From: Heterodontus francisci
Taxonomy: Eukaryota
Assembly (NCBI RefSeq): GCF_036365525.1
Contig: NC_090404.1
Location: 5,952,001 to 6,016,000 of the forward strand
Direction of reading: 5' to 3'
DNA length: 64,000 nucleotides
Every line of letters begins with the position of its first letter. Within the stretch, counting starts at the first letter, position 1. Below the pieces are notes generated by a model. That model was given only the letters and a program-made list of their open reading frames with translations. It was not told where the DNA came from and searched no databases. Below, in pieces: positions 47,900 to 61,504 of this stretch. The position numbers and the translations under genes are program-made.

Positions 47900-50800
47900 C
47901 ATAAGCCATGTAACGGGGCAACGGGTACAGCAGAAAAGGTGGAGAAAGAGAGTCCACATGTGCATAACAGCAAAGTGGAGTGTGTGTGTCTGGCACAACA
48001 GGTGGAGAGAGTGGGGTTTGTGTGTAGAAGAGAAAATGTGAAGATTCTGGACATCTGCTAAGGGCTGGACAGGAACCTGGAGTGGGAAGGGGCGGGGATC
48101 CAGTTGTTGTCGTCCATGTAGGTACCAACGACATAGGTAGGACCAGCAAAGAGGTTCTGCTTAGACCGTATGAGGAGCTAGGCAAAAACCTGAAGAGCAG
48201 AAGCTCAAGAGTAATAATCTCTGGATTATTAACTGAGCCACGTGCCAATTGGCAGAGGGCACATAAGATTATTGAAATGAATACGTTGTTCAAAGACTGG
48301 TGTGAAAGAAGTAGGTTTCGGTTCGTGGTGCATTGGCACCAGTAATGGGGAACGTGGGAGCTGGACCAATGGGACGGTCAGCACCTGAACAGTGCTGGGA
48401 CCAGTGTTCTAGCAAACTGCATAACTAGGGAAGCAGAGAGGGCTTTAAACAAACAAGAGAGGTGAGGGATCAAGCTTCAGTAGATGTAGCAAACAAGGGG
48501 TAGAGTCAAGACAGGAGAGCAGAATAATAATATGGGAAATGAAGGTCAGAGAATGGCGGGAAGGGCAGAGAGGAAAAAAACTAAGAACAGACCAACAGTC
48601 AAGACTGGATGTTACAAAGAAAACAAAAAGACAAAACTAAACGTTTTGGATCTGAATGCACATAGCATTCATAACAAAATAGACGAACTGAAATCGCACA
48701 CTGAAGTAAATAAATATGATCCTGATAGACATTACGGAGACGTGGCTGCAGGATGACAAGGATTGAGTCCTGAATATTGAGGGGTATATGACATTCAAGA
48801 ATAGGAAGCTAGACAAATGTGGAAGGGTAGCACTGTTAATCAGGAATGGCATTGGTGCAATAGTTAGAAATGACCTTGGTACAGGAGATCAGGATGTAGA
48901 ATCGGGTTGGGGAATAGTAGGGGAAGGAAGTCACGAGTGGGAGTGGTCTACAGGCCCCCTAACAGTAACCACAACGTAGGACGAAGTATATAAGAAGAAA
49001 TAGTGGGTGCTTGTAATAAGGGGACGGCAATAATCATGGGTGATTATAATCTGCATATTAACTGCAAAAATCAGATTAGCAATAGCACCCTGGATGAGGA
49101 GTTCATAGAATGCTTTCGAGATAGTTTGTTAGAGCAGCACGTTCTGGAAACAACCAGAGAGCAGGTTATATTAGACTTGGTATTGTCTAATGTGACAGGA
49201 TTAATTAATGACCTATGAGTGAAGGCACCTCTAGGTAGCAGCGACCACAATATGATTGAAGTTTACATCCAGTTTGAAGGAGAGAGGAGTGGGTCTATAA
49301 CTAGTATTTCAAACTTAAATAAGAGCAACGATGTGGGCATGAAAGCTGATCTAGCTGAAGTGAACTGGGTTCCTAGGCTAGGAGATAGATCAACAGAGAA
49401 GCAGTGGCAGACAATAAAGGGGATATTTCAGAATACTCAGATTAAGTATATCCCTACTATAAAGAAAAATTCTAAGGAGAGGACCCACCATCCGTAATTA
49501 ACTAAAGAGGTTAAGTAAAGCATCAAAATTAAGGAAAACGCATGTAATTGTGCAGAGATGAATGGCAGGTCAAATGATTGGTCAGAATATAAAGAACGGC
49601 AGGGAATGACTAAGAGGTTAATGAGGAGAAATAAATTAGAGTATGAGAGGAAACTAGCTAGAAATATGAAAACGGATAGCCAAGCGTTTCTACGGGTATT
49701 TAAAAAGGAAAAGAGTAAGTAAAGTAAGTGTTGATCCTCCAGAGAGTGAGAATGAGGAGTTAATAGTAGATAGTAAGGAAATGGAAAGATGAAATGAACA
49801 AATATTTTGCTTCTGTCTTCACTATAGAGGATACAAAATGCATTCCAGTAATAGTTGTAAATCAGGAGGTGGAAGGAAGAGAGGAACTTGGTGAAAGTCC
49901 AATCACCAGGGAAGCGGTACTGAGCAAACTGATGGAGCTGCGCGAAAACAAGTCCCCGGGACCTGATGGAATTCATCCCAGGGTCTTAAAAGAGGTGGCT
50001 AATGAGGTAGTCGATGTTAATTTTTCAAAACTTGCTAGATTCTGGAAAGGTTCCATCAGACTGGAAAGTAGCAAATATAACCCCTCTATTCAGGAAGGAA
50101 CGGGGTGGAGGGGGGGGGGGGGCGCGGGGTGGTAGGTGGTGGTGGTGGTGGGGTAGGCAGAAAACAGGTAACGATAGGCCAGTTAGCTTGACGTCTGCCA
50201 TGCGGAATGTTTTAGAATCGATCATGAAAGTGATTAAAGCTGGGCACTTAGAGAAATTCGAGATAATTGGGAATAGTCAGCATGGCTTTGTGAAAGGGAG
50301 ATCATGTTTCACCAATTTATTGACGTTCTTTGAAGGCGTAACATGTGCTGTGGCTGAAGGGGAGCCTGTTGACGTACTGTACGTGGACTTCAGAAGGCAT
50401 TTGACAAGGTGCCACATGAAAGGTTATTGCACCAAGTAGAGCTCATGGTGTAGGGGGAAACTTATTAGCATGGATAGAAGATTTGCTGGCTGGCAGAAAA
50501 CAGATGAGACAAATATAGGTAGGCAGTGGCGTAGTGGTATTATCACTGGACGAGTAACCCAGAGACCCAGGGTATTTCTCTGGGGACATGGGTTCGAATC
50601 CCACCACAGCAGAAGGTGGAATTTGAATTTAATTAATAAATCTGGAATTAAAAGCTAGTCTAATGATGGCCATGAAACCATTGTTGATTGTTGTAAAAAA
50701 ATATCTGGTTCACTAATGTTTAGGGAAGGAAATCTGCTGTCCTGACCTGGTCTGGCCTACATGTGACTCCAGACCCACGGCAATGTGGTTAACTCTTACA

Positions 50801-53800
50801 TGCCCTCTGAAATGGCCCAGCAAGCCACTCAGTTGTACCTAACCGCTATGAAGTCAATAAAAAGGAATGAAACCGGACGGACCACCCGGCATCCACCTAG
50901 GCACTGGAAACGACAACGGCAAACCCAGCCCTGTCGACCCTGCAATGTCCTCCTTGCTAACATCTGGGGGCTTGTGCCAAAGTTGGGAGAGCTGTCCCAC
51001 AGACTAGTCAAGCAACAGCCTGACATAGTCATACTCACGGAATCATACCTGACAGACAATGTCCCAGACATTGCCATCACCAGAGGTGGTGGCACAGTGG
51101 TATATAGTAGGGAGGAAGTTGCCCTGGGAGTCCTCAACATCGACTCTGGACCCCACGAAGTCTCATGGCAACAGGTAAAACATGGGCAAGGTAACCTCCT
51201 ACTGATTACCACCTACTGCCCTCCCTCATCTGATGACTCAGTACTCCTCCATGTTGAACACCACTTGGAGGAAGCACTGAGGGTGGCAAGGGCACAAAAT
51301 GTACTCTGAGTGGGGGACTTCAATGTCCATCACCAAGAGTGGCTCGGTAGCACCACTACTGACCGAACTGGTCGAGTCCGAAAGGACATAGCTGCGAGAC
51401 TGGGTTTGAGGCAGGTAGTGAGGGAAGCAACATGAGGGAAAAACATACTTGACCTCGTCCTCACCAATCTGCCTGCCACAGATGCTTCTGTCCATGACTG
51501 TATGAGTAGGAGTGACCACCGCACAGTCCTTGTGGAGCCGAAGTCCCGCCTTCACATTGAGGATACCGTCCATCGTATTGTGTGGCACTACCACGGTGCT
51601 AAAGGGGATAAATTTCGAACAGATCTAGCAATGCAAAACTGGGCATCCATGAGGCGCTGTGGGACATCAGCATCAGCAAAATTGTACTCAACCACAATTT
51701 GTAACCTCATGGCCCGGCATATCCCCCATTCTATCATTACCGTCAAGCCAAGAGACCAACCCTGGATCAATGAAGAGTTCAGGAGGGCAGCATGCCAGGA
51801 GCAGCACCAGGCATACCTATAAATGAAAGCAAAATACTGCGGATGCTGGAAATCTGAAATAAAAACAAGAAATGCTGGAACCACTCAGCAGGTCTGGCAG
51901 CATCTGTGGAAAGAGAAGCAGAGTTAACGTTTCGGGTCAGTGACCCTTCATCAATGAGGTGTCAACCTGGTGAAGCTACAACACAGGACTATCTGCGTGC
52001 CAAACTGCGTAAGCAGCATGCGATAGACAGAGCTAAGCGATCCCATATCCAACGGATCAGATCTAAGCTCTGCAGTCCTGCCACATCCAGCCATGAATGG
52101 TGGTGGACAATTAAACAACTAACTGGAGGAGGTGGTTCCACAAATATCCCCATCCTCAATGATGGGGAAGCCCAGCAAGTCAGTGCAAAAGATAAGGCTG
52201 AAGCATTTGCAACAATCTTCAGCCAGAAGTGCCGAGTTGATGATCCATCTCAGCCTCCTCTTGAAGTCCCCAGCATCACAGATGCCAGACTTCCGCCAAT
52301 TTGATTCACTCTGCGTGATATCAAGAAATGACTGAAGGCACTGGATACTGCAAAAGCTATGGGCCCTGACAATATTCTGGCAATAGTACTGAAGACCTGT
52401 GCTCCAGAATTTGCCGCGGCCCTCGCCAAGCTGTTCCAGTACAGCTACAGCACTGGCATTTACCCTGCAATGTGGAAATTTGCCCAGGTATGTCCTGTAC
52501 ACAAAAAGCAGGACAAGTCCAACCCGGCCAATGACCGCCCCATCAGCCTACTCTCAATCACCAATAAAGTAATGGAAAGTGTCATCAACAGTGCCATCAA
52601 GCGGCACTTGCATAGCAATAACCTGTTCAGTGACGATCAGTTTGGGTTCCGCCAGGGCCACTCAGCTCCTGACCTCATTACAGCCTTGGTTCAAACATGG
52701 ACAAAAGAGCTGAACTCAAGAGGTGAGGTGAGAGTGACTGCCCTTGACATCAAGGCAGCATTTGACCGAGTATGGCATCAAGGAACCCTAGCAAAACCGA
52801 GGTCAATGCGAATCAGGGGGAAAACCCTCCGCTGGCTGGAGTCATACCTAACGCAAAGGAAGATGGTTGTGGTTGTTGGAGGTCAATCATCTGAACATCA
52901 CTGCAGGAGTTCCTCAGGGTAGTGTCCTAGGCCCAACCATATTCAGCTGCTTCACCAAAGACCTTCCTTCAATCATAAGGTCAGACGTGGGGATGTTCGC
53001 TGATGATTGCACAATGTTCAGCAGCATTCGTGACTCCTCAGTTACTGAAGCAGTCCATGTAGAAATGCAGCAAGACCTGGACAATATCCAGGCTTGGGCT
53101 GATAAGTGGCAAGTAACATTCGCGCCACACAAGTGCCAGGCAATGACCATCTCCAACAAGAGAGAATCTGACCATCTCCCCTTGACATTCAACGGCATTA
53201 CCATCGCTGAATCCCCCACTATCAACATCCTAGGGGCTACCATTGACCAGAAACTGAACTGGAGTAGCCATATAAATACTGTGGCTACAAGAGCAGGTCG
53301 GAGGCTAGGAATTCTGAGGCGAGTAACTCACCTCCTGACTCCCCAAAGCCTGTCTACCATCTACAAGGCACAAGTCAGGAGAGTGATAGAATACTCTCCA
53401 CTTGCCTGGATGGGTGCAGCTCCAACAACATTCAAGAAGCTCAACACCATCCAAAACAAAGCAGCCCGCTTGATTGGCACCCCATCTACAAACATTCACT
53501 CCCTCCACCACCAACGCACAGTGGCAGCAGTGTGTCCCATCTACAAGATGCACTGCAGCAATGCACCAAGGCTCCTTAGACAGCACCTTCCAAACCCGTG
53601 ACCTCTACCAACTAGAAGGACAAGGGCAGCAAATACATGGGAACACCAACACCTGCAAGGTCCCCTCCAAGTCACACACCATCCTGACTTGGAACTGTAT
53701 CGCCGTTCCTTCACTATCGCTGGGTCAAAATCCTGGAACTCCCTCCTAACAGGACTGTGGGTATACCTACCCCAAATGGACTGCAGCAGTTCAGTAATGC

Positions 53801-54795
53801 AGCTCACCACCACCTTCTCAAGGGCAATTAGGGATGGGTAATAAATGCTGGCCTAGCGAGCGATGCCCAGATCCCTGAATGAATCAAAAAAAAAGGAAGG
53901 TATTATGTGAAGAGGATATAAGGAGTTTATAGACCGATATAGATAGGTTGAGTGAATGGGCAGAAATCTGGCAGATGGAGTATAATGTGGGAAAATGTGA
54001 AGTTGTTCACTTTGGCAGGAAGATTAAAAAAGCAGTGTATTTCTTAAACGGGGAACGACTGCAGAATTCCGAGGTGCAGAGGGATCTAGGTGATCTAGTG
54101 CATGAGTCACAAAAAGTTAGCATGCAGGTACAGCAAGTAATAAAGAACTCTAATTTAATGCTGTCCTTTATTATGAGATGAATTGAAAATACTAGTAAGG
54201 ATGTTATGCTTCAAAGATTGGTGGGACCACATCTCGAATACTGTATGCAGTTTTGGTCTCCTTATTTAAGGAAGGATTTAAACGCCTTGGAGGCATTTCA
54301 GAGGAGATTGATACCTGGTATGAGCGGATTGTCTTATGAATAAAGATTGGTCAGACTGGGCTTGTTTTCACTGGAGTTTCGAAGAGTGAGCGGAGACTTG
54401 ATTGAAGTATATCAGACCCTGAAAGGCCTTGATTAGGTGGATGTGGAAAGGATGTTTTCCTGATTGAGTCCAGAACTCGGAGGCACTGTTTTAATATTAG
54501 GGATCGCCCTTTTAGGACAGAGATGAGGAGATTTTCTTTTCTTTCAGAGGATTGTGCGACTTTGGAACTCTTTGTCTCAGAAGGTTGTTGAGGCGGGGTC
54601 ATTGAATGTATTTTAAGGCGGAGATAGATAGATTCTTGTTAGTCAAGGGAATCAAAGGTTTACGGGGGTAAATGGAGTGTTGACCTCGCAACAAAAACAT
54701 ATTAGACATAATCTTATTGAATGGTGAAGCATGCTCAAGGGAATGGCCTATTTCTACCGAATGGCCTACTTCTGCTCCTAATTTGTATGTTCGTA
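47900..54795 (+). mobile_element. Degenerate full-length CR1 interrupted at about 50518-53893 by another LINE
   Basis: HVGTNDIG esterase, endonuclease (GDYN, SSDH), RT; resumes at 53894 (EWAEIWQMEYNVGKC). Confidence 0.85.
50518..53893 (+). mobile_element. LINE (CR1/L2-superfamily-like, APE plus RT) with a tRNA-derived 5' head
   Basis: A box TGGCGTAGTGG and B box GGTTCGAATCC at 50528-50602; ILTESYL, GDFN, SDH, RPISLLS, DIKAAFDRVWH, FADDC; A-rich 3' end. Confidence 0.88.
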
Positions 54796-55149
54796 TAGAG
54801 TTACTGTTTTTGACAGGCTTCAGACCCCGGGAATCATTCCCACAGTGTGTGCTCTCTCTTGAGTCAGTTGGGACCCAGGCTCTTGGAATCAACCCAAGAA
54901 TTGTGCCACCTTGTTTGTCACAAGGGCTGCAGGCTTTGGAAATGATTTCCAGGGGTTGTCCTCTTAGGTGTATTAGACAGGCCGAGGCTGTGGGTTCATT
55001 CCTCGGGGTTGTGCTCCCTGTTGTGTCAGATGCACTCCAGGCTCATGGATTAATTCCCAGCATTTTGGGCTCGATGATATCTTGTGCCAGCTATGCACAA
55101 GTCTCTCGGAATCATTCCCAGGATCTGTGCTCCCTCATGTGTCTGTGTT

Positions 55150-55565
55150 ATATTTAACCTGTGCTGCACCTGGCCTTGGAGTGTTTGATGGGACAGTGAC
55201 GAGGGAGCTTGCTCTGCATCCAACCTGTGTTGTACCTGGCCTTGGAGTGTTTGATGGGACAATGAAGAGGGAGCTTTAGTCTGTATCTAACCTGTGTTGT
55301 ACCTGGCCTTGGAGTGTTTGATGGGACAATGAAGAGGGAGCTTATTCTGTATCTAACCTGTGTTGCACCTGGCCTTGGAGTGTTAGATGGGACAGTGAAG
55401 ATGCAGCTTTACTCTGTATCTAACCTGTGTTGTACCTGGCCTTGGAGTGTTTGATTGGACAATGAAGAGGGAGCTTATTCTGTATCTAACCTGTGTTGTA
55501 CCTGGCCTTGGAGTGTTTGATGGGACAGTGAAGAGGGAGCTTTACTCTGTATCTAACCTGTGCAT
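55150..55565. repeat. Minisatellite, 66-67-bp unit, about 6 copies (degenerate copies also at 39000-39250)
   Basis: tggccttggagtg at 55171, 55237, 55304, 55370, 55437 and 55503. Confidence 0.9.
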
Positions 55566-56371
55566 GTCCTGGAAAAAAATGATGGTACAGTATTCTTCCA
55601 TGTTCTATACCGAATTAGGCAGTGTTGGAGCAGAGCACTGCGCTTTAATATGATCTGGCATGTGATTCTGAAAGACCATACGATGGGAGAAGTCAGTGAA
55701 GTGCTCCTGGTCGCTGTGCGGCCATTCTGCATCTGGGGATTAGCATAATGAGGCAGAGGGAAAGGTGTCTGTACTCTGATAGGGCTCTGGATGACGCAAC
55801 GGCTCCTTCACTGAAAGGCCTTGTGTTTAAATAGAACCCGGCAGAACTGGTGAAAAATACCGAGCAGGAAAGGGGGAAAAGTGTAATAGGGAAAATAGAA
55901 CGGTGTCGCCGTTGGGGCAAGGTATTCAGCAAGTCCAAGTTAGTCCATTTATTTTTCAAGATTTTTAAAAACAATTTCATAAGGATCATTTTACAGAGAA
56001 GTCTTTAAAAAACAGGTCCAAACTGAATATAACAAGTGTGCGTCACATTGAGAACAGAACACGTGCGGTCTGAGCTGCCAGCTGTCTGTAAGACTGTAAC
56101 AGAGCAGAGAGAGAAAACAGGGGCACAACATAAAGGGAAGAAAACAATTGTGACTAAAAAATAGTTAATTATTTACACATGAAGTTCAAACAACGGTGAA
56201 ACTCGAAGACACATTTACATTATATCCACAATTATCTCATACATTTCAAACAGAAAAACTGAAATCATGTTTATGATCCATAAACTGAAGGCATTTTACT
56301 TTTACAGTTCGTTTGGTAATACAGAGAAGTTAAAAAATGAGGAAAATCCAGGGCGGCCGAAATTCAATCGA

Positions 56372-56654
56372 TCACTTGACCTGTAAAAGAGGAATAAAAG
56401 AATGAAGCAGAGATATCGTGGTACGGGAAATTCATCTCAGAGTATTTTCTTTGATCTATGAAAGTTTTAGAGATTTGTTTAACAGCTTATGTCAAATTGA
56501 AGTGTGAGTGGATTGAATATTCTCACCTTCACCAGAGTGACGGCAGCGCTGTAGAAAATGCTCAGGAGGAACAGGATGATGAATGTGGAAGCAGTTGTCC
56601 AGATGTTGCCGCTCTCTTCCTCATTGTCTTCAATCCAGATGTGGTCTGAGGAAT
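56372..56654 (-). CDS. IGHM: IgM transmembrane exons TM1 (56654-56527) and TM2 (56380-56372)
   Basis: DSSDHIWIEDNEEESGNIWTTASTFIILFLLSIFYSAAVTLVK | VK*; antigen-receptor TM motif; canonical splice sites. Confidence 0.9.
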
Positions 56655-57239
56655 CTACCGGGATGTAGAGGAGGAAATATATTTAGATTGTTTATCAATC
56701 CAGGATATAAGATTATGCTTTTACATTCGCAGTTTTCTTCCTTCATCTATTATTTTTGTTCTTCAATTTAATTTTCAATGCATATCTATTGTTAAGTTAT
56801 TCACGCTCAGCAATCTATCTCTGTTATTAAATCCACAGTTGTTCTTCCTTTATCATCCTCGTCCAGGCCGTGTTGGAAAATATGTCAGTTTTTTTCTTCA
56901 GTGTCAGGCGCTATTTTATTTTGGATTAATTTCGTTCTATCATTAGGGAATATTATGTCGCGATTTCGAGGGAGGTTGACTGATCGATACAATTATTTTG
57001 AAGATAGGTTCAGATAGCTACTTATTTGGAGATTGTCAGTGGTGCTGGGCAAGGGATCAGATGTGAATTCCAATCTTGCTTGTTTATTTGTGATGAAACT
57101 AGTTGGTAAAACATTAATTTATCGCAGTTTCTAAATGAGAACATTGCTTCGTTGTGATTGCAGTCCAACATGTATGAGGGAAATTGTTGGAGACGGTGTC
57201 TATTGAAATATCACCTTTAGATTCTGCTTTTGTCTATAG

Positions 57240-57500
57240 TCTGGCGTTTTTGTTTGTGTGCCTTGGTGCTTGTGTATGTGTGTATGAGTATCTTTTGCTT
57301 TGCATTTCTCTGTGTTTGTGCATCCAAGTGTGCGTGTGTGTGAGTGTTAATGAGTGTGTTTGTTTGTTTGTGTACACAAGTGTGGGTGTATTAATGTTCT
57401 TGTTTCTATGTTGATGGCTTGGGTATGTGTCCATTCATGCTCATGTGTGTTAAGGTGACAATGTGCATTGATGTGTGTATTCAACTGACCGCATGTGTGT

Positions 57501-57538
<38 letters not shown>

Positions 57539-58190
57539 TGTGTCGATCTGTCGATATGTGTATGAGCGTGTCAATATCTGTTTGTGTGTGTTTGTGTCCC
57601 GATGAGTTTGCTATTCTGTGTTGATGGATGCGTTTATGGGTCCCTGTAATTTAGTGTGTGTTTATCTGTCAATACATGTATATGGGTGCTTTAATGTGTT
57701 TGTTGAGATGTGTTTGTGTCCCCATAAGTGTGATAATGTGTATGTTTATGCGTTGATATCTGCATTTATGCATTAATGTGTATGTTATTTTGTGGTTATG
57801 CGCACATGTGTGTTATTGTATGTGTTTATGTGTGTGTTTGTGTATATATGTGTGTGTGTCAGTATATTGATGCTGGTGTTTATTTGTGTGTGTGAGTGCG
57901 TTAATGTGTCTATTTATCTATGTATTTGCGTGTACGTGTGTGTGTCTGTTAATGTGCGTCCATCTATATGTCAATGTGTTTTTTAGTGTGTGATTTTATG
58001 TCAATGTTTTTGTGTACGTGAGACTGTACTCAGATGTGTGTTTATGATTATGTTTATGTGTGTGACGGTGGGAGCATTTATATCAGCGTTTGTGCCTGTT
58101 CCCGTGTGTAGGTGTATGTGTGTGTTTCTGCATGTGAGCGTGTTTATGTATATGATTGTATCTGTGTGCCTCTGCATTTTTGTTATTTTT
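57240..58190. repeat. Degenerate (TG)n-rich tract in the CH4-TM1 intron
   Basis: Long imperfect GT dinucleotide run. Confidence 0.9.
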
Positions 58191-59209
58191 CAATTTTCCA
58201 CAGAGAACCAATAACCGGGTCTGGCCTTGGACGATGTGCTTGTAGAGAATATTCTTCACCGTTTAGTGTATAAATGTATTCTGTGCGAGATGCAATGTGA
58301 CATCAGCTGAATACACGCAGCAATGCAACTGATGGGCCTCAGAAACGTCAGGAACACAAGTGTGAATAAAAGAGGAGGATTCTGTCATCAGTTAGATTTG
58401 GATTATTCGAATTCGATCTGTTCGCATAAGATTAACAGGGAAAAGTTTAAAGATATTGTATTGCATATATATTTTACAATATGATTCCCACGTGGAAAGC
58501 TTAAAATCTTCGCACAGTGAGCTGGAAGCCGACTTTGTACGGATGGCCATTGAGTCCATGTAATGGAGAGTTGCCTTCTCATCTCTTTGTCGGGTGAGTG
58601 GGAATGGGTTAACAAATATCTTTGCTCCTTCCTCAGTTGGAGAAATTGGGGAGAGGGGCTACAGTCGGTTCACAATTGCATTTTCCCCCTCTCTATTGGA
58701 GAATTGGAGTTACAGTGGATGAACTATTGCCCTTTTCCTGTCTCTGTTTAGGAAGTGGGGTCACAGTGGGTTAACAATTTGCTCTTTCCACTCTTTCTGT
58801 TAGGCGATTAAGGGTATAGTTCATATTCATGTGTCGCCTTCACTTCAGTTCCCAGTGCTTCATATGCTGCAACTTTAAACTGATCCCAATTCTTAAGGGA
58901 TGTACAACACGAGAAACAGGGACACCGAGATCGAAATGCCTGTGTTTGTTGGAAAAGGGAAAATTTCAGACATCGCCCTACGGAGGAAAAGTTACTGAAG
59001 TTACTCGACGGAATCCTCACACGAATCAGCTTTCCTCTGTCGCTCACCTGTGGTGTATCTGAGCTGGGAGCACTGGTTGTACAAGACTTGGGCCGGAAAT
59101 CTGCAAATAGATGAATAGACCTATCTTTAAAAATGTGGAAAGCAAAATTAATTGAGCGGTTGTGTATTTAAATCATGATTTGAAAGAAGAGGTCTTTACT
59201 GGTTTTTAT

Positions 59210-59601
59210 TTAAGATTGAAATGCAATCGTGTCCAACAGTGCAAGGGAAATGTTCACAAAACTCGGTTTACCACTGGATTTATTAACTGTTCTGTTGATG
59301 ATCTTCAAGGGGATCGCTTCATGTCCCACCACACAGGAGTAAGAAGCGCCGCTGGTCCACTCCTCCGCTGCAATGGATAACAGGCTGTAGATGAAGAAGG
59401 AGCTCTTGTCGTTCTCCGCCATCACCTCGGTGTTCTTGTAGTTGCCAGGATTCACCGACTTGTCATTGACGGTCCACTTGACGAAGATCTCTCGGGGGGA
59501 GAAACCTCTCACTAAGCAGGTGAGGGAGAGGAACCTCTGAGCGGAGACTTCTTCTGCCGGGGGCAGGAGGACAGACACGGACGGCTCCCGCAGATTTTCA
59601 A
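59210..59601 (-). CDS. IGHM: IgM CH4 exon plus secretory tail (tail Cys absent)
   Basis: [38 protein letters not shown]...[11 protein letters not shown]...SG|[19 protein letters not shown]; internal donor G|GTAAAC at 59272; AATAAA overlapping the stop. Confidence 0.92.
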
Positions 59602-60102
59602 CTGCAGAAAAATTAAAATAAGTGTCAATAAACTGGAGAATTCCAGAGACAATAAAATCGGTGGTTAGATGTGAGAGGAATATGATTTGTGCTGAATTTT
59701 TAAAGGTTTTCCTCTTCCCCTCTGGGGTCTGCCCTGTTGTCCAGCCCGGAACAGAGGCGGATGCAACCCTTCTCTCTGAGAACTTAAGGGGTTAGACTGG
59801 AAAATTACATAGCATTTGCAGCACAGGAACAGGCCATTCGGCCCAACTAGCCTGTGCTGGTGTTTACGCTTCACACGAATCACCTTCCACATTACTTCAT
59901 CTCTTTCTATTCTTTTTCTCTCATTCACTTATCTAGTTCCCCCTTAAATATATCACCTCTGGTTCCAGAGGGCTTCCTTAATAAACATACAATTAAATTA
60001 TCAGAGGAATCCATTGGACCACTTAATAGATCGAATCGGTCCTTGCACAAACAAAGGAAATACGTACAATCTCTCACTTATTGCTTCAATCTCACCGCTC
60101 AC

Positions 60103-60400
60103 CTCCTTCCTTGTGGATGGATTGAGAGGGGTCGGCAGATCTTGATGGCTCACCACGCAGAAGAACTCAGCCCCACTCAGCCAAGCTTGTGTCGAGATGC
60201 TAATGGTGCTGATCACACTGTCGAGATCCTCCCCGGGTTGGACGGCAATCTCTGATTCCAAAGGCTCCTTTTCTTGTGTCCAGGACACGTTAATTCCATA
60301 AAGGAGCATTAAACACGACGCAGGTTAACGTCATCGCCGCCGCCAGTAAGACCTGTTCTATTGATGCTTGCAGTTGAGTAATTACTGGGTCACTGCACAG
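60103..60400 (-). pseudogene. IGHM: IgM CH3 exon, frameshifted, 5' end abutted by a repeat insertion
   Basis: CSDPVIT...SIEQVLL...[10 protein letters not shown] / +1 / [10 protein letters not shown]...[20 protein letters not shown]; repeat at 60401-60570. Confidence 0.85.
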
Positions 60401-60684
60401 TGTTAACATTTCAGGTCCGTGACCTTTCATCAGAACGTTCAATGAAAGGTCACAGACCTGAAAGGATATATCTGTTTCTCTCTCCTCAAATGCTGCCCGA
60501 CCTGTTGAGTATTTCCAGTACTTGCTGTTTTATTTCAGATTTCCAGCATCCTCAGTATTTTGTTTTTATTTCAATTTGCTGGTGCCTTGTTACGATATTT
60601 GCGGAGATGAAAATGTGTAGGAACCAGTCACCTCATGTGTAAGTCTGGAGTCAGAAGGAGACCTGACCATCGGGCAGTAACAGC

Positions 60685-61245
60685 AACATAGGAAAAAGGA
60701 ATAGGCCATTCAGCCCCTCATGCCTGTTCCGCCATTCAATTAGATGATGGCGAACTCGATCGTATTTCCATATTTCTCCCCTTAATAACTTTGCCTAACA
60801 AACATCTACCAATCTCAACATTGATATTTTCAATTGATGCCAAACTTCAAGAGCGACGTGGGGGAGAGAATTCCAGATTTTCGCTACCCACTGTGTGAAT
60901 AGTTACTTCCTGAATGACCTTGGTCTCATTGAAGGTTATGTCCCCTTGTTCTGGAGACCCACACCAGAGGAAATATTTTTCTCCATTTACTCCATCAATT
61001 CCAGTAACCATCTTAAACATCTCAATTAGATCACCCTTTAGTCTTATATACTTGAAACCTGTCCTCATAATTAAACCCGTTCAGCTCCGCTATCATTCTA
61101 GTGAAGCTGCTTTGCAACACCCCCATGCCAATATATTCTTCCTGAGCTCCGGAGCCCAGAACTGAACACAGTTTTCTAAATAGGGTAGATGCTCTTTTTG
61201 GTACTTGATCCCAAGGCTGTTGCCAGTAATGGGTTCCAGACACCT
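60685..61245 (-). mobile_element. Old CR1 3' fragment in the CH2-CH3 intron
   Basis: RLKGDLIEMFKMV motif. Confidence 0.7.
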
Positions 61246-61504
61246 ATTGCCGCTCCGTCCGCTCAGGATAAACCTGATATCAAGGTCACCTCACTCGATA
61301 TCTAAGTAGAGGAAACATGTGATGTGATGACATGCTCAGCCGTGAGCAATCCTAATTCAGTACCTACAGCGGAATGAAGCATAAAAACTGCATGATGGTA
61401 AATTGGACATTATTCTGTGCTTCGTCCGAATGCCAGTATATTCATCTCTTTGATTAACATGGAGCACAGAATGATCTGGAGCTTTCTCAGTTTGTGTCTC
61501 TTAC

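Noticed and set aside
57184-58214. Hydrophobic C/V-rich ORFs resembling membrane proteins
   Set aside because: Translations of the (TG)n tract
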